Shown here piece after piece: positions 12,961 through 24,039 of a stretch of 40,410 bases of DNA (the first letter of the stretch is position 1; each line of letters opens with the position of its first letter). Location of the stretch: the NCBI RefSeq assembly GCF_001194135.2, contig NC_068982.1, positions 29,001,501 through 29,041,910 on the forward strand, given 5' to 3'. This DNA is from Octopus bimaculoides. Lineage: Eukaryota. The notes beneath the pieces are model-generated. The model saw nothing but the letters and a program-made list of their open reading frames with translations. It searched no databases and was not told where the DNA came from. The position numbers were made by a program, and so were the translations under genes.

Positions 12961-14414
12961 GTGAGTAAATTTTTAAACACATTTTTCATCTTATTAATTG
13001 CTATGTCAATCCTTCTTTTCTTTGTTTCAGTTTTTCTTGTGTGAAATTACAAATATGCATTGTCTCCTGTTCTGATTCACAAACGAATCACAATTACTTT
13101 TCAGTATTTTAGTTCATTGTCTAAGTTCATTAAATTCATTTTTGCCATGAAAAACACATGGTACAACAGCAGTTTCATGCCTCAGTAAACCGTAACAGCA
13201 AAACAAATCAAACTTCTGGCCCATTGACGTAATTCTCGTTCGCTCGGTCTTTCCATCGTAACTACAGTGGCTTCTGCTTCTCGAAGTTAGTTGGTCTCAT
13301 GTCAGCTCCACTCAAGCATTCCCAACTTATTCGTTTTGCCTTTTCCGGCCAGTGATATCGTGTCCGGTACCATCCAATTACCTGTGCTAATCTCTAAGCT
13401 AATTCAACCACCCCAGAACATTGGCTGTTTGGAATTTCCTCGTTCCTGTTTATTCAACAGCTGTGGGTTTTCAAGAAGAATGTTCACTACACCGATTTCT
13501 TCCCATCTGGTTGAGCTTGAAAAGAACATAGTAACAATTTCTTCCTCTTAAACAAAAGAATAAAAGCATCTAGGCAAACTTCAACCCCAACACTGATATT
13601 TCGGTTGTAAAGATTTCTACCATGGTGGCAACTCAGAAACATTTGTCTCACATTACACTTATTCGCAATCATTGTATTGCATTTATGAAGACTCGCTACC
13701 TCATCCACGCCGTCTTTGAATATCTTTCATTTGTGAAGATTTTAAAGACAAGCTGCTGTGTATATTAAACCATATTCATTAATATATAACTGAAGTCAAT
13801 AAATATATTGGTAAACAAAAATTCATTAATAACCTTCAATCCAAACAGCTCAGATCGGGTAGGATTTACTTGTGAATTCTAACTGTAAGCAATTCACTTT
13901 ACCTTGGCTATCAGAATTTAAGTCTTCAATGGGTAATACTCATATGCGTAACATAAAATCTCTCCATGAAAAAAAAATTGCTCTTGGTTTGAATTCGGTT
14001 TGCCTTTCAGTCATCAGAACTCGGCGGAATCGGTATCTGAAACATACTAAGATCGATTGAGTAGGGATTAGCCCTACTCGATATAATTGAACCCGCGCAT
14101 AGCGCTAGGTAGGTAGTAGCTACATATTTTTTAGGCTGGTTTACTTTTTGGCTGTGTATTTTACTTTCTCAGAATTATGATATAAAACGAATCGAGAAAC
14201 CGATGCAACTATTAGATGTTTGTATTCTACGAAAGCCGTTAAGAAAATATTCTTCAAGAAATATTTCATCTCAGCGTTCACAGATTAGATGATTTAAACT
14301 AAAAATGTTCCTGGCCGGATTTACACACACACGCGCACGCGTATATACTCATGTATTAAATTCGATTTTATAGCCATGACATTTATGCTAAATTTAATTT
14401 TTACACCATTTCAG

Positions 14415-14597
14415 TGCACAGCGCAACACTGTATTCGGGATGGAATTTCTATGATAACACGCCAAGTTGACTGTATATTTTCCAATGGCTCTATTACTAA
14501 ACCATCAGCTTGTCATGGTGAACTGGTTCCAGAACATCGTCGTATTTGTGGAAATAATAAATGCATTTCCTTGTGGCGTACTTCAAAATGGACTGGG
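14415..14597 (+). CDS. ADAMTSL1/3: ADAMTS-like exon: atypical TSP1 repeat (CTAQHCIRDG...RQVDC...CGNNKC) plus start of last TSP1
   Basis: Acceptor tttcag ends at 14414 and donor gtaaga starts at 14598. It is 183 nt, phase 0-0, and joins WTN|CTAQHC and WTG|CRPYC. Confidence 0.92.
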
Positions 14598-15040
14598 GTA
14601 AGAAAACTAGAGATTGTGTTTCCTTTTTAATCTTAATTTTGCATATCAGTAACATAAAGCATCTCAATAAGTAATTCACATCCTGGATCCTGGTATTTTG
14701 GTCCGGTAACTCAGCATATGTTGAAACAATTTAGTTATGTATTGTTAAATAATATGAAATTGGCATGCCTTTTATAAACGTCAGTTATATATATCTGTTT
14801 TGACTGGTATATGTATGTATGTATGTGTGTGACTATGTATGTATGCATGTATCTTGTTGAGATATTGTTTTCTCTTATTTTGACACAAAACTAAATTAGT
14901 TTCCTATATACGAATTGACAGAAAAGAAAATACCGTGTCTATAATAGAAAAATTTTTTACATTTCCATGAATTAAATTAATTCGTTATGAAATTAATCTT
15001 GACACAGGCGCAATTTTAATGCGAAGTTAGTTCATAATCC

Positions 15041-15093
15041 ATTCTAATGTAGGCACAAGCATTTTGCCCGGCCTGCTAACGATTCAGCCACCT
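15041..15093 (-). mobile_element. Family 1 SINE with internal deletion (head fused to tail)
   Basis: The minus strand reads TGGCTGAATCGTTAGCAGGCCGGGCAAAATGCTT joined directly to GTGCCTACATTAGAA. Confidence 0.6.
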
Positions 15094-15278
15094 CAAACGC
15101 TTAATAAGTGAAATATGATAACATATATGATATATAGTGTACATATAGCATCAGCATGGCCGCAGCTCTGAGCTGAAACTTTGAAATGAAATGAAATGAA
15201 TGGTACGTATATCGTATGTTTAGTTTATATATATACGGTATATATAGCGTATATATGGTATATGTAATGTCTAAATGT

Positions 15279-15320
<42 letters not shown>

Positions 15321-15323
<3 letters not shown>

Positions 15324-15467
15324 AGAATTCACAAAAAAAAACAACAGACGAAGACAGGTGGTGTAGAAAACAAACACGTGTATTAGTATAACGCTCGGGA
15401 ATTGAAAAAGTCTTTAACGTTTCGAGCCTACGCTCTTCCACAGAAAGGAACACAGAAAGAAACAAGG
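15321..15467 (-). mobile_element. Penelope-like element terminal fragment inserted in (TA)n, carrying a hammerhead-like motif
   Basis: It is 147 bp with (TA)n on both sides. The minus strand contains CTGTGGAAGAGCGTAGGCTCGAAACGTT, matching the CTGANGA...CGAAACG signature of Penelope-like terminal repeats. Confidence 0.55.
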
Positions 15468-15630
15468 ATATATATATATAGTACATATGATAATATTTTT
15501 AATAGTAGATATAGTGTGTATATAGTATATATAATAAAACTTATATAGTATGTATGGTGTATATATAGCATGTATATCTATAATGATATTTATAATATTG
15601 TGTTTATGATTTTATTTCACATAACTTTAG

Positions 15631-15778
15631 TGTCGACCATACTGCGGTCCAACCAGATACAAATATAGAATCTTGTCGTGTATATGGAAACACTCAAAGA
15701 AACCTGCTGGAATTAACTGCAAGAGGAAGCAGAGGCCTCATGCTCGGGTTGCTTGCGAAAGCAGCTCTTGTATTAATG
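15631..15778 (+). CDS. ADAMTSL1/3: ADAMTS-like exon: last TSP1 repeat
   Basis: Acceptor ctttag ends at 15630 and donor gtaagt starts at 15779. Translation CRPYCGPTRYKYRILSC...CESSSCIN plus 1 nt, so it exits in phase 1. Confidence 0.92.
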
Positions 15779-16200
15779 GTAAGTACAATATATATTCACA
15801 CTTCAATTCTTTACTTTATACACACGGCCAGTGCTGTAAACCTATTGAGATAACTGTCAGAAAGTGTTTCTATTTGAATTTTAAAAATCAATCAGTATGA
15901 TTTCAATGTTGATTATATGAATAAATGTCTCATTGTGGATTTGGTGAATATATATGATTAATGTTGAAATTCAAGTATTATATGAGCTCTCTTTTCTTTT
16001 AGTTTTAGTTTTAGATATACCTGCTTCCAGCTGTTAACGTAATTGTTTTAGATATTTCAACGAAGTCAAATTTACATTCTACTATTTGGAAACAATATTT
16101 TAGAGGTAGAGGTCTGCATCTGATAACATTTACTTTAGGTCAAATAATGTTACGTTGTAGCATAGTCTATGTAGCTTATGTAGTACGTATGTGTGTTTGT

Positions 16201-16405
16201 AGGTTTCGATGAGCTGGGACGCCGGACAAAATGCTTTGTGGCATTTCTTCCGACTTTACTTTCTGAGTTCAAGTTTCGTCAAGTTCGACTTCGTCTTTCA
16301 TCTTTTCAGGGTCAATAAAATAAGTACCAGTTGACCACTGGGGATCGATTTAATTGACTAGCCCCTACCCAAACTTTCAGGTCTTGTCCCTACAGTAGAA
16401 AGAAT
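16201..16405 (+). mobile_element. tRNA-headed SINE, family 1, diverged
   Basis: It contains GACGCCGGACAAAATGC, CTGAGTTCAAG, TTTCATC...AATAAGTACCAGTTG and the tail CTTGTCCCTACAGTAGAAAG. Confidence 0.85.
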
Positions 16406-17819
16406 CGTACTGACTTACTCTAATTTAATTATCTAATATTTGCAGTTGATAATCCTTTATAGGAATAAATGACATCATCTGTATTTTCGCAAGTAAATTT
16501 TTTCTCTTGTATTTTCATGCGGGGCAACGACTTAAATCTTTAAACACTAACATTGAAAAATCACACACGGAATGCAGTTGTAGTCCAGAAAACATATCTT
16601 AGATATTTTAAGAAAAAGTTCGAATCAGATTTTGTTCGTTCTTCGATTACGTATATGGAAAGAGCATGAATATAAATGTGACACATTCATTAATACCTGT
16701 TACAGCCATAGTGCATTATATTCATACTTCGTTGAAGGATCACAACGAAGGGAACTGCCCAGTATCTTTCATTTAATTATTTTATAAATGATTGCTATGA
16801 AGAAATTACTTATCATTGAAACCATAATAAATGATTAAAATATGGGTTGATTGAAACATTTTTCATAGATTATTTTGCTTTCAGCCAATATCTTAAATAG
16901 ATTTCAAACATGAAGGGCATATTACGATATAACTTTAATTGATATTTCATGACATTTTGCTTCACCTCGAAACTAGCATTCTAAATACTATTGAATGGTT
17001 TACTTTTAATAATAATAAGCTTCTAAGCAAAAACAGTATTTTTCAAAGTTCTTCACTATCAAGTCTTATCTTTGTTTTTAGAGCTGCCGAACAAGATAAT
17101 TCTGAATAACTTTTAACTTGTTCTCAGAATACACCTTTACAAATAGAAATATCTAGGTTAGCGTATCTATATCGATTACTGGCATTCTAAAACGCATTCA
17201 AAAGAAAACCATACAATTGATCGATAACAATTTCTTTTACTACAGAGATCGTCGAGATTTATCATTACCTAACTGTTTATAAAATCTTGTCTCCATCACG
17301 AAACCACTCTTTCTACGCTTCTGAAGCTTTTTGTCATTCGAGAAGCAAATACTTCTGTAAAATTTATTTAAATGTTATAGGCTGTTCTTCATGGTTAAAA
17401 CTGCTAAGCTATAGTATACGCAACGCACTGTTATGTAGTACTAATCTTTAGAACGAAAAAAAAAAACCTGTCAATAATTAATGTATGTATATAAAAAATA
17501 ATATTCAGGATTTTTTTACAGATTGTACCAGAAATACTCGAGCAAATTTTCCCACCTGTCTCATATTAAAATAATTCAATCTTAATGAGTATTGTATATA
17601 TACACGAACACACAGAGATGCACACATACACACACACACATACACACGCTCACACTCACAGGCACACAGGCAAATACACACACGCATGCACACTAATACA
17701 TACACATATGACTATATACGCATTTATATATAACACACATAACCCTATGACCTTAATGTCAAACGATTAGACAACAATTCCGTTGAATTGATTACATTCG
17801 AGTTAACTATGCTGACTAT

Positions 17820-18030
17820 AATGTCGTCCATTGGAGCACTCTTGTCTTTATTTTCAGCCAATAATACAGGTTTTCGTTCCACTGCTCAGAATGTTTGGAA
17901 CGACTTCATGGTAGAAACAGAAACCCGATTTTCTTTCTTGACATTTAGCTGTGCTGTCATAGCTAGTGCAGTAAGTCGTCTCTTCCGCTTGCTTGTACTG
18001 TTATGTATTGGTCAATTTCCTGTTTCATCT
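17820..18030 (-). mobile_element. Tc1-like transposase remnant (DNA-binding HTH region)
   Basis: The minus strand reads STSKRKRRLTALAMTAQLNVKKENRVSVSTM...AVERKPVL...(shift)RVLQW. This resembles the Tc1 N-terminal pattern RxTAxxIxxxL...VSxSTVxRRL...RKPLL...RLxWA. No TIRs were found. Confidence 0.5.
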
Positions 18031-18346
18031 TTTTTTTAAATTTTGTTTCTGTTCCTCAGATATCTTCCCTTTGTCTGTTCTATGTTCTGTTGCAAATATT
18101 TGTACATTTCTGTGACTCATGCTTTGCGATGTTCGTTCCGGTTTAATATAACCCACATCCTGGTCCTATGTTATATTCATGTTTGTACAGCTGGTCACAT
18201 GACGTCTTCGTGGTTACCCTTGGCATAGAGCCAATTGCATTGATGGTCAGTCTAATCATGAAACGTTGTCCGAAAATTAACACTAATACTCACCGCATCT
18301 AACTATGTTTCCATGTTGTAATATATGAATATATGAATGTATACAT

Positions 18347-18371
18347 ATGTGTGTGTGCGTGCGTGTGTGTG

Positions 18372-18461
<90 letters not shown>
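18347..18461. repeat. (GT)n microsatellite
   Basis: Directly visible, with a few GC/AT interruptions. Confidence 0.97.
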
Positions 18462-18470
<9 letters not shown>

Positions 18471-21130
18471 AGACACCAATTGTTGTATGCAAATACGAAT
18501 GTATGCGAATATGAATTTTATGCGAATATGAATGCGTAATCACTGTTGTAAAACTTGTTTCTAAATATATAAACGTTCGGCAAGCTAAAATTAGTAATTT
18601 CATTATTAAGATGTATGTTTTCTTAAGCTATCTCATTCGATCAAATCATTAGATAGAGAACTTCAGAAATTATATGGTCAATTGCAGATAATAATGATAA
18701 TAATAGCAGAAAAACAAAATCTAGTCAGGTCTAAAAAAGTAGACACCAAATTGCTATGAGTACACACCAACGAAGCTAGTCTAGGAAACGTTATTATTTT
18801 AATTATATTCATTATTTCATGAAAATTACTTCATTCGAAACTAGTCGTCGCAAAAGTTTTAGCAACATAAAAATTCATATACATTTATGTGTACATAGAA
18901 TATATATTTATATACGTATAATAACGTTTGCATCATCCTTATATATATATATGATTAATTTTAAATTTAATATTCATTGATGAACATTGATTGTAAAGAA
19001 TAATTGGCGAATGGTAATTATTAAAAATTTATCGAACTTATTGCACTTCCGAATTTTTCGAAAAATTAGAGCTAAAACTAAAACTCAAATTTAGAACATA
19101 TTAAATTGACATTCAATAAATTTAGCAAACGTCTCCTATTGTAGGAAATATAATTATATAAAATATGAGAGGTAAATTACATTATTGATAACAACAAAAG
19201 TTTATTAAATTATAAAAATGTATATGTGTATAAGCAAGCGTCCATAGTTAGGTATAAATAACGCTATGCTCAATTCACGTCTGAAATCCAAATTTCATTA
19301 TAACACGAGATTTTACAAAACAATAACCTTTCTTCCTATTTACCTCTAAAAACCTCCATTTCAAACATTAGTGATAGCTATGAACAAATAGCTTTAAACA
19401 GAGATGTCCTTTCTTTATAGCATCTTAAGACGGAAGCTAGATATATTTACTAGTAAATTTCTTACCAATTGATGCAAATGGCTAATTACTTTAAGATTTG
19501 CTTGCGTTATTCTGAGTTTTATGAGATTCAGAACAGCCTCATAATATAATCAACAATGAAGACTCACTATGTCTGGGTTTAAGTTACCTTGATATATACT
19601 ATCTATATCAGAGAATGTTTAATGGAAGTTCTCGTTGTGATCGTTAATTATTGAACCAGAATTTCATGGGATGGCAATGTATAAAGAAAAATTGTATTTT
19701 GAGAGAAATCCAGCAGCACAAATCTTACATATACAATCATTTTCTATTAAATAAAACAAAAGATAGAAAACTTCAAATGACGATGAAGAACTTATAGAAC
19801 TGCTCAAGCATGGAACCATGAAACTTTTTTGTCAATTTTAAATCCCTGCCAAGTTTGTTAAAAGTTTGGGGAGCAACTGATAACTAGAACTATTGATTGT
19901 TAGATTCGACATTACAATCACTTCTAGATTTTTGAAAAGAATCCTCGTGTAAGGCAATTAACGATAAAATATGTAGTGTGTCTGTTTTATCAAGTAGCGC
20001 ATATTTCAATTGTGTTAAACAATTCTGGGAATATGACTTTAGTTTTATTTTTCTATCAAAAATTTGCTATTTTTGCTTCACAGGTATAGGAAACGTGCTA
20101 TGGAGCCTTAGACTCACACCATATCGTGGGAACAGTAAATGGCTGGCTTTCAGTTTGATTTCATTGAAACTGTTAACATTTTGCTCCTGTGTGTACAAAA
20201 CATTAGGTGTCTAACACTTTTCTTAATCTCCTATAGAATAGCCAAACTAGTATATGTAGATGTATTTAATTTTCAATACTGTATTTATGTTTCTCTATTG
20301 TTAAAAAAGTTGTACATTCCCTCATACATAATAAAAGCTATCAGAGAGGTTTTGCACGAGGATATTTACTCGTTGACGCCATACTAAACCAATACAATTC
20401 ATAAAAGGTATCGTGAGTGCAAATAAGATGCACTACATTCCTTGTACAAACAGAGCATACAGCCCCCTTAACCCAATTCAAATATATTAATGAGTAGTAC
20501 AGCGGGAGGAGCAACTCGACGTCTGATTGGCCAGGCAGTAGACCATACAGCTACACTATTCTCCAATCGTGACCTCCTTTATTTGACAAAAGAAGAATGC
20601 TACGGTGCAATTTTTATAGCTGAATTATTTTGGATCTATTTTATAAGGAGTTTACGGCCAAATGCTCAAAGATACAGGATAAGTTTTGACAAACTCTAGG
20701 CGTAACAGAAACTTTTAGGCAGCGTAATTGAAATCAATGTACTGAAATTACAAAGAAACACCTTCAAACATCCCAACATGAAACATATTCATTGCATAGG
20801 GTAAAAGAAAATAGATGTTTTCCAGAAATGCTTTTGAATACAGCAATACAGTATTATAATGTAGGTGTACGATATACAGATGTACACACAACAGCTTTAG
20901 AGTTTGCCTCTAATAAAATATGTATCTAATAAACATGTGTATTATACCGAACGCTACAGATTGTAAAACAAAAATATTGTGTGATGGACATTACTATGAT
21001 CTAAGAGCAATTAGATAACAAGAACCAATTCAAATTTAATTTCAAAATATAACATCAAAAATAAAGAGCAACCAATATGTTTAAGTCAACCTGAGCACTA
21101 CTTAACTTCATATGAATGCAATCACATGCG

Positions 21131-21161
<31 letters not shown>

Positions 21162-21169
21162 AGACAGAC

Positions 21170-21250
<81 letters not shown>
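21131..21250. repeat. Compound (TA)n-(CAGA)n-(GATA)n microsatellite
   Basis: Directly visible. Confidence 0.97.
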
Positions 21251-21470
21251 TGTTTCTTTATTAGTCACACAGGGCTGAACACAGAGGGGACAAAATACAA
21301 AGTAGAGCTTTTCTTTTTGGGAAGGAAGGAAAAAAAAGGGCAGGTAGACTTTCGATCAAAAGGGATCAGGGAAATAATAAAAAGAAAAAAAAAGGAAGCT
21401 GATCAATAGGGATCGTGTATCACAGAAATGTCATAATGTAAAAGAGGAAACAGATTAGGTTTACCCGGAG
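21251..21470 (-). mobile_element. Probable 5'-truncated LINE 3' end embedded in (GATA)n
   Basis: On the minus strand it is a pyrimidine-rich UTR-like sequence ending ...GTGTGACTAATAAAGAAAC, followed directly by (TATC)n. GATA repeats lie on both sides. The tail resembles the tail of the SINE at 33822. The clade cannot be determined. Confidence 0.5.
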
Positions 21471-24039
21471 ATACTTAGATAGATAGATAGATAGATAGTA
21501 AATTTTCTTAATTCAAGTATTACCGATACCACATACTTAATATGTGTGAAGTGTTTAAATGCCATGAAGTACTTTATCGTCCGGGGAAAATCGCCTTTAA
21601 AGACGTATCGTGTTAAAACAAACAATATACCTCGAAGATGGATGAAACTAAATAGATTTAGAAGCAAACACGAGAGCAGCAAATACATATTTCGCTGTAG
21701 TTGTAGCTTATCAATATTGCACACTTGAATCACTGCCACGACGAAATCGAAATCTCTAGTCTGAATTATATACAAATACAGTTAAATTTATTTGCTGATT
21801 TGCAATGGTGCTTCACAAGTAGAATAAATACAGATTATGCAATAGAAGGCGTTTTTATAGTATAAACATTACCGATATCACATACTTAACCAGGTACTTG
21901 TGATGCTTAAACATCAGGAGCTGCGTGCGTGTATGCATGTATAAGATTTCTTTATATCATATATTGTTATATTTTGGCGATTTGATCTCATATATATTTT
22001 GCTTAAATTCCAAGTATAACACATCAAATTATACTGGATAAGATCAAGAATTGCTAAAATTTCGGCATACATGCAAGCGAACGGAGCTACTCGATGGAAA
22101 ATTTGGGATGCATCTAGGTTTAAACTAATTTTTTCATTCCAGACTATGTCGTTTTATCAAATCAATCACCTTTATATAGGGTCGTATATTTTTACAAACA
22201 AATATATGTGCATGTGTATACATGTGTATACTGTCATATGTTAGTATGTCTGAGAGGATCAGAGATTGTGTGAATGATTATTGTTTTCCGTTTATGTTAA
22301 AGCCACTTCATTATGTTTACCGTTTATTATAAATATTTATGTTAATTTTAATTTTCTTTCCAAGCTTTTGCTGTCTGTATTTGTTACGCTAAATGTTACA
22401 TGTCACATATCGGGTTCAAGATCTCAAAACGTATTTCTCTCATCTTGTGGCGTCAATTATTGTTCGGCTATAATTATTCATATAAATGCGTTTGTTTACC
22501 GAAAGGAAAAAATATCATGCATATCAATGGGATGTAGTTAAGTTACCTTTGAGGTAGGAAAAGAAAGAATACATATTCTGCATGCTACTTGAAAGTGATT
22601 TTTGAAAAGTGAAAAGAATAGGAATCACCACTTAAAAAAATTGGCAAGATTCGATAATAAAAACAAAATATAGTAATTTAGTACTGAATTATGTTGTAAG
22701 ATGTATTACAGTAACAGAAACTCTTTATTTAGTTTGATCATACTCGACTGGTTTCCCGGTCAAGCATATCCTTTTATGAATTCAGTACTCTATGTTAAAG
22801 ATACGTTCATTAGCCATTCAACACCTTCGCTTCTTATGTAAAACCAAGTGAATAAGGTTACTGTGAGTTAGGTGAAGTGACGTTTGACACAGATTCGATG
22901 AGAGAACATAAACAGCCGACTCCTAAACTGTTAAACGACATCCTCTTAACTCACCTAGTAGAAAAGTTTTAGTAAAATGTCAAAATATTATTTTCAAATA
23001 GAATATTGACATTTTATGCAATAGATTTGTTACAGTATAACTATTTCATTATCGAGATAATTTTAAAATATCTCACAGCAAAACCTACTCGTGCACAAAC
23101 GAAGAGAATATTGCTTGTCAACACAGAGAAGATGTTAAATTGTCATGAGGAGGTATGCCTCTGCAATCATAAATCTTTCGAAACGAGCATCAGAAAAATA
23201 CAGCTTTCAGACTCTTTTATCTCCACTCGGCCTGCACATCTTGACTCTGTGCTCTTTTGCCGAGATTATCTCCTCCAACTTTGTCAATTTTAACCGCCAT
23301 TAATCAATCAAAATATGGTAAGCAGAAATATAATCTCTGTTTCTTCGATAAGAGTCAAATACTGGAGACGATTATATGGACTGCATTTTTCTCCCAAAAT
23401 GTTTTGGAATTGTGCCCACGTAAGAAATGATTATTATAAGAACGATTGATATCAGTCCATAATTAGATCCATTTTCGTTCTGATTGCAAATCACAATTGG
23501 ATCAAATGTAACTTTTAGCCTACTGAAGTGGATAAAACCAGTGCCTGTAATATACTGAGGTTCATTTGGGTTGCTTAGATCCTCTTTCATAAATGTCTGT
23601 CATTTCACCACTGTAATAAGTTATGCTATTGTATAGTAAAACATTGTAATGCTGGGAAACTAATATCAGGCATTAGCAAAATGTAAAATATTTAATTCAA
23701 ATAACAGAATATGTTGTTTTGTAACTTGAGAAAAGAGAGAAATCTACCACCTCGGACCCATGTTCTTGGGAGAAAGAAAGAGTGAAAAGAGAAAGAGTGG
23801 TTTAAACACTAAACTAACACTGCGAAGAAAATAATTTCTTACACAGGCATGCGAGAATGCTCGATTTAAAATCGATATTAGTGTTTGGTCGGTTCTATGT
23901 TTTACCAACTCAAGAGACCTAAACATATCACGCTGCCATTTTAATTACTCAAACCATCCACCATTCTTATAAGAATATAATAATCGGTTCTATGTCAAGC
24001 ATGAAGCAATAAATTCGATGGCAGAAACAAAGCTAATTG

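Noticed and set aside
13487-13708. YNRNISVGV...GKK resembling the piggyBac YNxxMGGVD...GKKW region
   Set aside because: The key residues (MGGVD, WW) are absent and no TTAA-flanked TIRs were found. It is kept only as an unexplained block.
13985-14025. Minus-strand CTGATGA near SINE-like fragments as a hammerhead
   Set aside because: No stem II and no GAAA-stem III geometry.
18190-18300. GTCACATGACGTC/CCAAT motif cluster and a minus-strand GTGAGT donor suggesting a nested antisense gene
   Set aside because: No coding exon chain was found on the minus strand. The only nearby minus-strand homology is the Tc1 remnant.
19780-19870. ELLKHG and IPAKFVK fragments reminiscent of RTE RT
   Set aside because: The matches are very short, and their spacing is inconsistent with an RT domain.
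20500-20580. NF-Y-like CTGATTGGCC and a second CCAAT as an internal promoter
   Set aside because: Short motifs are expected by chance in 40 kb, and no downstream exon or TSS evidence exists.
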